From contig OZ250172.1 of assembly GCA_965237905.1 (NCBI GenBank), positions 430,627-462,626 of the forward strand: 32,000 bases of DNA, read 5' to 3'. Made by a program: the position numbers and the translations under genes. Below, piece by piece: positions 27,780 to 32,000 of the stretch. Position 1 is the first letter of the stretch. Every line of letters begins with the position of its first letter. Below the pieces are notes generated by a model. That model had not been told where the DNA came from. It did not search any database and saw nothing but the letters and a program-made list of their open reading frames with translations. The DNA is from Nitrospinaceae bacterium. GTDB lineage: Bacteria; Nitrospinota; Nitrospinia; Nitrospinales; Nitrospinaceae.

Positions 27780-30066
27780 CCCCCAGTACGTCCAACTCTC
27801 CGAAGAACAAATCCAATTAAAGAAAAAGCGTGCCCGGCGCAATATCGCATGGTTGATTGTCACTCTGGTCGGATTGACAGTGCTGGAAGTCTATTTCCTC
27901 AAACAGCAAAAAGCCAGCATTGCGGACAACATCAATATCATTTTTCTGTTCAACGTGATCATCATTCTGCTCGTATTGCTGATCGTGATGATCACGCGCA
28001 ATCTGGTCAAGTTGTACAATGAGCGGAAAAACAAAACAATCGGTGCAAAGTTTCAGACCAAGATGATCCTCGCTTTTTTAATTCTGGCTCTGGTCCCCTC
28101 CATCCTGCTGTTTTTCGTCGCCAGCAAATTGTTCAGCTACAGTATCGGAAACTGGTTCAGCATTCAGGTAGAACGTTCCCTACAGCAATCTATGGAAGTG
28201 GCGCGCGAGTATTATTCGCATGTCGAGCGCAAAAGCCAGTTTCACGCCCGGAAACTGGAAGAACTGATCACCAAAAATCAACTGTACCTGCAGGATAAAC
28301 GCGATACTCTGCAACGGCTGGTGGAAACCAAGACCGAAGAGTATGAACTGGGTGGAGTCATCGTATACGATCAACAGGGACAAGTCGTCGTGTCTTATGC
28401 CAACAAATCGATGCCGCAGAACTATACCAACCTGGACTATGCGGATCTGATACGCGAAAGCATGGAAAGCGAGGGCACTGCTGAAACGCGGTCCCACACC
28501 AAAGGCAATTACCTGGTGGTCCTCCTTCCACTCAAGCAGAATGTGGAAGGCAAACCCTCCATATGGGGATATATTTTAACCCTGTCCAAGATCCCCAAAA
28601 GCACCATGATCAAGATTGAAGGCATCCGCAACACGTTTGAGGATTATAAGAAGCAGAGTTTTCTCAAGCTTCCGGTCAGCGCCAATTACTACACCACCTT
28701 TATCTTGATGACCTTGTTAATCCTGTTCTCGGCTATATGGCTCGGTATTTATATGGCGCGAGGCATCACCATTCCCATCCAGCAGTTGGCCGCAGGAACC
28801 CGGCGCGTGGCAGAAGGGGACCTCAACGTCAAAGTCAATCTGGACACCGGCGATGAAATCGGATTACTGGTCAATTCCTTTAACACCATGACAGAACAGC
28901 TTAAGACCAGCCGCAAAACCCTCGAAGAGGCTCATGAAAACCTTCAGATTACCAACATCGAGCTGGACGAACGTCGGTTATACACCGAAACCATCCTGGA
29001 AAATATCGGTGCCGGTGTAATCTCCATCGATAAAAAAGGACGGATCACCACCCTCAACACAGGTGCCAAACGTCTGCTGGATGCGGAGGACAAGGACATC
29101 ATCGGACTCACTTACAAAGACGCGTTCGACTCCTCTTTCCACGAACCTATCCGCAACATGATTAAAAAAATGAACGAAGACCATAAGGAAAACTACGAGG
29201 AGCAGGTGGAATTGACTGTGGGCGAAGATAACCTGACTCTACTGGCAAATATCAAGTTCATGCGGGACGACCGGAAAAAATACCTGGGCCTCCTGCTGGT
29301 GTTTGAAGATATCAGCCAGCTCATCAAGGCCCAGAAAATTTCCGCCTGGCAGGAAGTTGCCCAGGGCATCGCCCACGAAATCAAAAACCCCCTGACGCCG
29401 ATCCAGCTGAACACGCAACGTCTGAAAAAGAAATACTATGAGGACAAAGAATCCTTCGCCAAGGTATTCGATGAAAGCATCCGGATCATCACGCAGGAAG
29501 TGGAAGGCATGAAGGACTTGCTGAATGAATTTCTCCGGTTTTCGCGCATGCCCACTCCCCATCCCAAATTGTATTCCGTGCACACTATTATCGACGATGT
29601 GACCCGCCTGTATCTCAACCATGAGAAGGGCGTGACCATCAATAAATACCTGGACCCGAATGTCAATCTGCTCTATATCGATCCCGAGCAGATACGACGC
29701 GTATTCATCAACCTGTTTGACAACGCGTTGGATGCCCTGGACGATCAAGAAGGCCTGATTGAGATTGCCACGCATTGGGACCACCAGACCAAGCGGGTCA
29801 AAATTGACTTCTCGGATAACGGCATGGGTATCAATCCGCCGGACCGGGATAAACTGTTTCTCCCGCATTTTACGACCAAAAAACGGGGCACCGGTCTGGG
29901 TCTGGCCATCGTAACTCGTATCATTACCGATCACAAAGGAATCATCCAGGTTCGATCCAATGAGCCCAAGGGAACCATTTTTACCCTTGAATTTCCAGAT
30001 CCTTCGTCCACCACCCACGTCGGGCCCTCCCAGAAGAAGCCGAAAACCCTCGGGACCGCCGGTTAA
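27754..30066 (+). CDS. NtrY-like membrane sensor histidine kinase (HAMP-PAS-HisKA-HATPase)
   Basis: Multiple N-terminal TM segments; HAMP; H-box GIAHEIKNPLTPIQ; N-box INLFDNALDALDD; G boxes DNGMGI and GTGLGLAIV. Confidence 0.92.
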   Translation: MVSDPLTSNPQYVQLSEEQIQLKKKRARRNIAWLIVTLVGLTVLEVYFLKQQKASIADNINIIFLFNVIIILLVLLIVMITRNLVKLYNERKNKTIGAKFQTKMILAFLILALVPSILLFFVASKLFSYSIGNWFSIQVERSLQQSMEVAREYYSHVERKSQFHARKLEELITKNQLYLQDKRDTLQRLVETKTEEYELGGVIVYDQQGQVVVSYANKSMPQNYTNLDYADLIRESMESEGTAETRSHTKGNYLVVLLPLKQNVEGKPSIWGYILTLSKIPKSTMIKIEGIRNTFEDYKKQSFLKLPVSANYYTTFILMTLLILFSAIWLGIYMARGITIPIQQLAAGTRRVAEGDLNVKVNLDTGDEIGLLVNSFNTMTEQLKTSRKTLEEAHENLQITNIELDERRLYTETILENIGAGVISIDKKGRITTLNTGAKRLLDAEDKDIIGLTYKDAFDSSFHEPIRNMIKKMNEDHKENYEEQVELTVGEDNLTLLANIKFMRDDRKKYLGLLLVFEDISQLIKAQKISAWQEVAQGIAHEIKNPLTPIQLNTQRLKKKYYEDKESFAKVFDESIRIITQEVEGMKDLLNEFLRFSRMPTPHPKLYSVHTIIDDVTRLYLNHEKGVTINKYLDPNVNLLYIDPEQIRRVFINLFDNALDALDDQEGLIEIATHWDHQTKRVKIDFSDNGMGINPPDRDKLFLPHFTTKKRGTGLGLAIVTRIITDHKGIIQVRSNEPKGTIFTLEFPDPSSTTHVGPSQKKPKTLGTAG

Positions 30067-30154
30067 TTCCCTCACCAGATTTTTTTACTCCCCCTCTTAT
30101 CAATTTCGCCTAAAATCCGTATAATGGGCTCTCGGCTGAAAATCGACATTCCTG

Positions 30155-30385
30155 AATAATGAGTCCCCTTGGGAGTATTCACCAATCAATTGGACAAAGC
30201 CATGCGTGCCTTCAATCAGCTGGAAGTGGGCGGTGTGGTGCTCAACGATGTGCCCACCTTCCGGCGTCGACAACATGCCTTACGGTGGCGTGAAGGATTC
30301 CGGGTTCGGCCGGGAAGGCCTGAAGTACAGTATCGAAGAAATGACGGAAATCAAACTTCTGGTCATGAATCACTATCTGGATTAA
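30155..30385 (+). pseudogene. 3' remnant of an aldehyde dehydrogenase gene, frameshifted
   Basis: Across two frames: NESP / [32 protein letters not shown] (frame of 30169), then [39 protein letters not shown] (frame of 30266-30385). These match the conserved ALDH C-terminus; no N-terminal or catalytic region is present. Confidence 0.88.
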
Positions 30386-30408
30386 TCTTAACCGAGCGAC
30401 TTACCATC

Positions 30409-30828
30409 ATGACCAACAATTCACGTTTTATCGACAACGGCAACGGAACCATTACCGATTCCGAAACCAATTTAATCTGGAAGAAAACCGACTCGTTCCA
30501 GGATACCAAAAAATGGAAGAATTGGTTCACCGGTCACGAGTATATGCAAATTGTGAACCTGGAAAGGTTTGGCGGGTCTGAGGGCTGGCGATTTCCCTTC
30601 GAGGATGAAGCCTACAGCCTGTTCGAACTGGAAAAAATCAACCAGGACAAGTACGGGGACGACATCTACCTCGACCCCATTTTCGAGCCGGGAAGCGCCG
30701 GGGTGACCTGGACGGAAGACATTAAGGATTCGTCGGCACTCCTCATTCAATACGAAGACGGGATTAAAGTCTGGCCCTCGCAGTACGCCAACCTGAATAT
30801 GGCGGTCCGACTGGTCCGCAGTGTCTAA
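30409..30828 (+). CDS. DUF1566/Lcl C-terminal-domain-like protein
   Basis: FIDNGNGTITDSETNLIWKK...W...GWRFPFEDEA...YANLNMAVRLVRSV; ATG at 30409. The upstream part of ORF 30169..30828 belongs to the ALDH remnant. Confidence 0.75.
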   Translation: MTNNSRFIDNGNGTITDSETNLIWKKTDSFQDTKKWKNWFTGHEYMQIVNLERFGGSEGWRFPFEDEAYSLFELEKINQDKYGDDIYLDPIFEPGSAGVTWTEDIKDSSALLIQYEDGIKVWPSQYANLNMAVRLVRSV

Positions 30829-30835
30829 GCCTGGA

Positions 30836-32000
30836 TCACTTGTTGGACAGCCAGGACGAAGGGTAGATGATCCGGAAGGAAGCCTGTGCTGGGCCCAAAT
30901 ATTCGTAGCCGGGTTGCACGACAAACCGTATCGGAGTCCAGGGTGATTCCAGGGGTTTCGACTTTTGCGGATGGGACCTCAATGCCCTCAACTCAAGAAT
31001 CAGCACCCTGCCTTCCGGCAAAACATACGGACGCTTAGAGGTCCGCCCTTTGGCTGTTTTTTCCAGATCGATCTTGAACGCGCCGTTGGGTTCTTGAGAG
31101 CCAGCAGATTCCCCCCGCGAAATGATTTTGGAGCGGGGAGACGTCACCGAAAGCTTCCACTGATAGCGGGTCTCAAATCCACGGGCATAGGCCGTCAGGG
31201 CCACCGGATCCAGAAACTGAATTTTTGGTTTTCCCTCCTCCCGGTAAAACTGCAGATGGGTCAACGACCATTTCGCCTGGTCTCCTTCAAACACTTGACC
31301 TCCCATGCGACGGCAACGGGAATCACGAAGCACTTTCGCCAGTTGGATGCGGCGGGTAACCAATAGACTTTTCCTTAAGTCCAAAGCCTTCGGGTGAATC
31401 AGATAACAACTGGCGATGGCCAGTTGCAAATCGGCCTCGGCTGAAATTTTTTGATCGACAGCATGACGCAACGCCTCCACCATTTTCTTCTCCACAGGTG
31501 TATCCAGAACGCGGCTTTGCTCCCGCGCCAGACGGATCACCTGCGGCCAATCCCGTTTGGCAAGCGCCTCTTTAAAATCCTTCGCCATGAGAAAAGCATA
31601 GCCTCCCTCCCTTGCCTTAAAGTACTCCTTCGTCCCGAAAACATGCTTCTTTAAAAACTGGTAGCGTTTTGGATGTGTGTATTGGAAATAGGGATAATGA
31701 ATATAGGCGGCGATCGAATTGGCGAAATCCTCCTGCGGGTTCTCCCGGGAATAGGTGGGCAGATGCCGCGAAGAAACGGGACCGTAATTGAGAACACCGG
31801 GATCGCTGACCAAAGTGTATAAAAAATCACTGTCGGCTTTCCCATCGAGCGCCGGTAGATGGAGAATATGAAATTTGGACAATTCCAGCCACTCGTTCTG
31901 GAAAGTTAAAAATCCATGACTCAGATCAAACACATGCCCCATTTCGTGATGCACGATGTTGTCGAAATCCTCCTCACTTTCATAGAATATGGAATTGTAA
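30836..32000 (-). CDS. Putative zinc metallopeptidase (HExGH), 5' truncated by window edge
   Basis: Frame stays open past 31954 to the window end: NSIFYESEEDFDNIVHHEMGHVFDLS...; PQEDFANSIAAYIHYPYF follows as a possible third-ligand region. Confidence 0.7.
   Translation of the reverse strand, partial: YNSIFYESEEDFDNIVHHEMGHVFDLSHGFLTFQNEWLELSKFHILHLPALDGKADSDFLYTLVSDPGVLNYGPVSSRHLPTYSRENPQEDFANSIAAYIHYPYFQYTHPKRYQFLKKHVFGTKEYFKAREGGYAFLMAKDFKEALAKRDWPQVIRLAREQSRVLDTPVEKKMVEALRHAVDQKISAEADLQLAIASCYLIHPKALDLRKSLLVTRRIQLAKVLRDSRCRRMGGQVFEGDQAKWSLTHLQFYREEGKPKIQFLDPVALTAYARGFETRYQWKLSVTSPRSKIISRGESAGSQEPNGAFKIDLEKTAKGRTSKRPYVLPEGRVLILELRALRSHPQKSKPLESPWTPIRFVVQPGYEYLGPAQASFRIIYPSSWLSNK

Noticed and set aside
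29239-30075. 278-aa minus-strand ORF
   Set aside because: Antisense to the histidine kinase catalytic domain; shadow ORF.
1-32000. CRISPR array, tRNA/rRNA, transposase/IS, phage or defence island
   Set aside because: No regularly spaced repeats, tRNA-like cloverleaf, transposase signatures or defence gene families were recognised by eye. A tRNAscan-SE/DefenseFinder/ISfinder run would be decisive.

Overview
This 32 kb window looks like an ordinary, gene-dense bacterial chromosome segment. The gene set (reverse-TCA-type enzymes beside housekeeping genes) would fit a Nitrospinota-like organism, but that assignment is inference. In order it carries: a truncated slipin/SPFH gene; a DUF4175-like giant envelope protein overlapping a TPR/peptidase-MA protein; a VOC protein; a MoxR AAA ATPase; two small membrane proteins; TfoX-N and DEDD-exonuclease-like proteins; fliD-fliS; sucC-sucD; a small zinc-ribbon protein; DUF1841; two hypotheticals; a four-gene 2-oxoacid:ferredoxin oxidoreductase cluster closed by a strong terminator; ndk; a secreted hypothetical; an FmdB-type zinc ribbon; a PTPS/QueD-family gene overlapping folE; phoH; an inserted secreted hypothetical; ybeY; a HIT protein; mutS; DUF4390; an NtrY-like kinase; an aldehyde dehydrogenase remnant; a DUF1566-like protein; and a truncated HExGH metallopeptidase. 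I see no CRISPR array, tRNA/rRNA, transposase or recognisable defence system. The most notable items are: (i) the DUF4175/peptidase-MA cluster near an orphan MoxR; (ii) a CX5HGH-type PTPS overlapping folE; (iii) a decayed ALDH 3' end where NtrX might be expected; (iv) a perfect sigma70 consensus promoter inside the called 5' end of phoH, with a terminator and an inserted gene separating phoH from ybeY; and (v) a probable ATT start codon behind a strong Shine-Dalgarno sequence.
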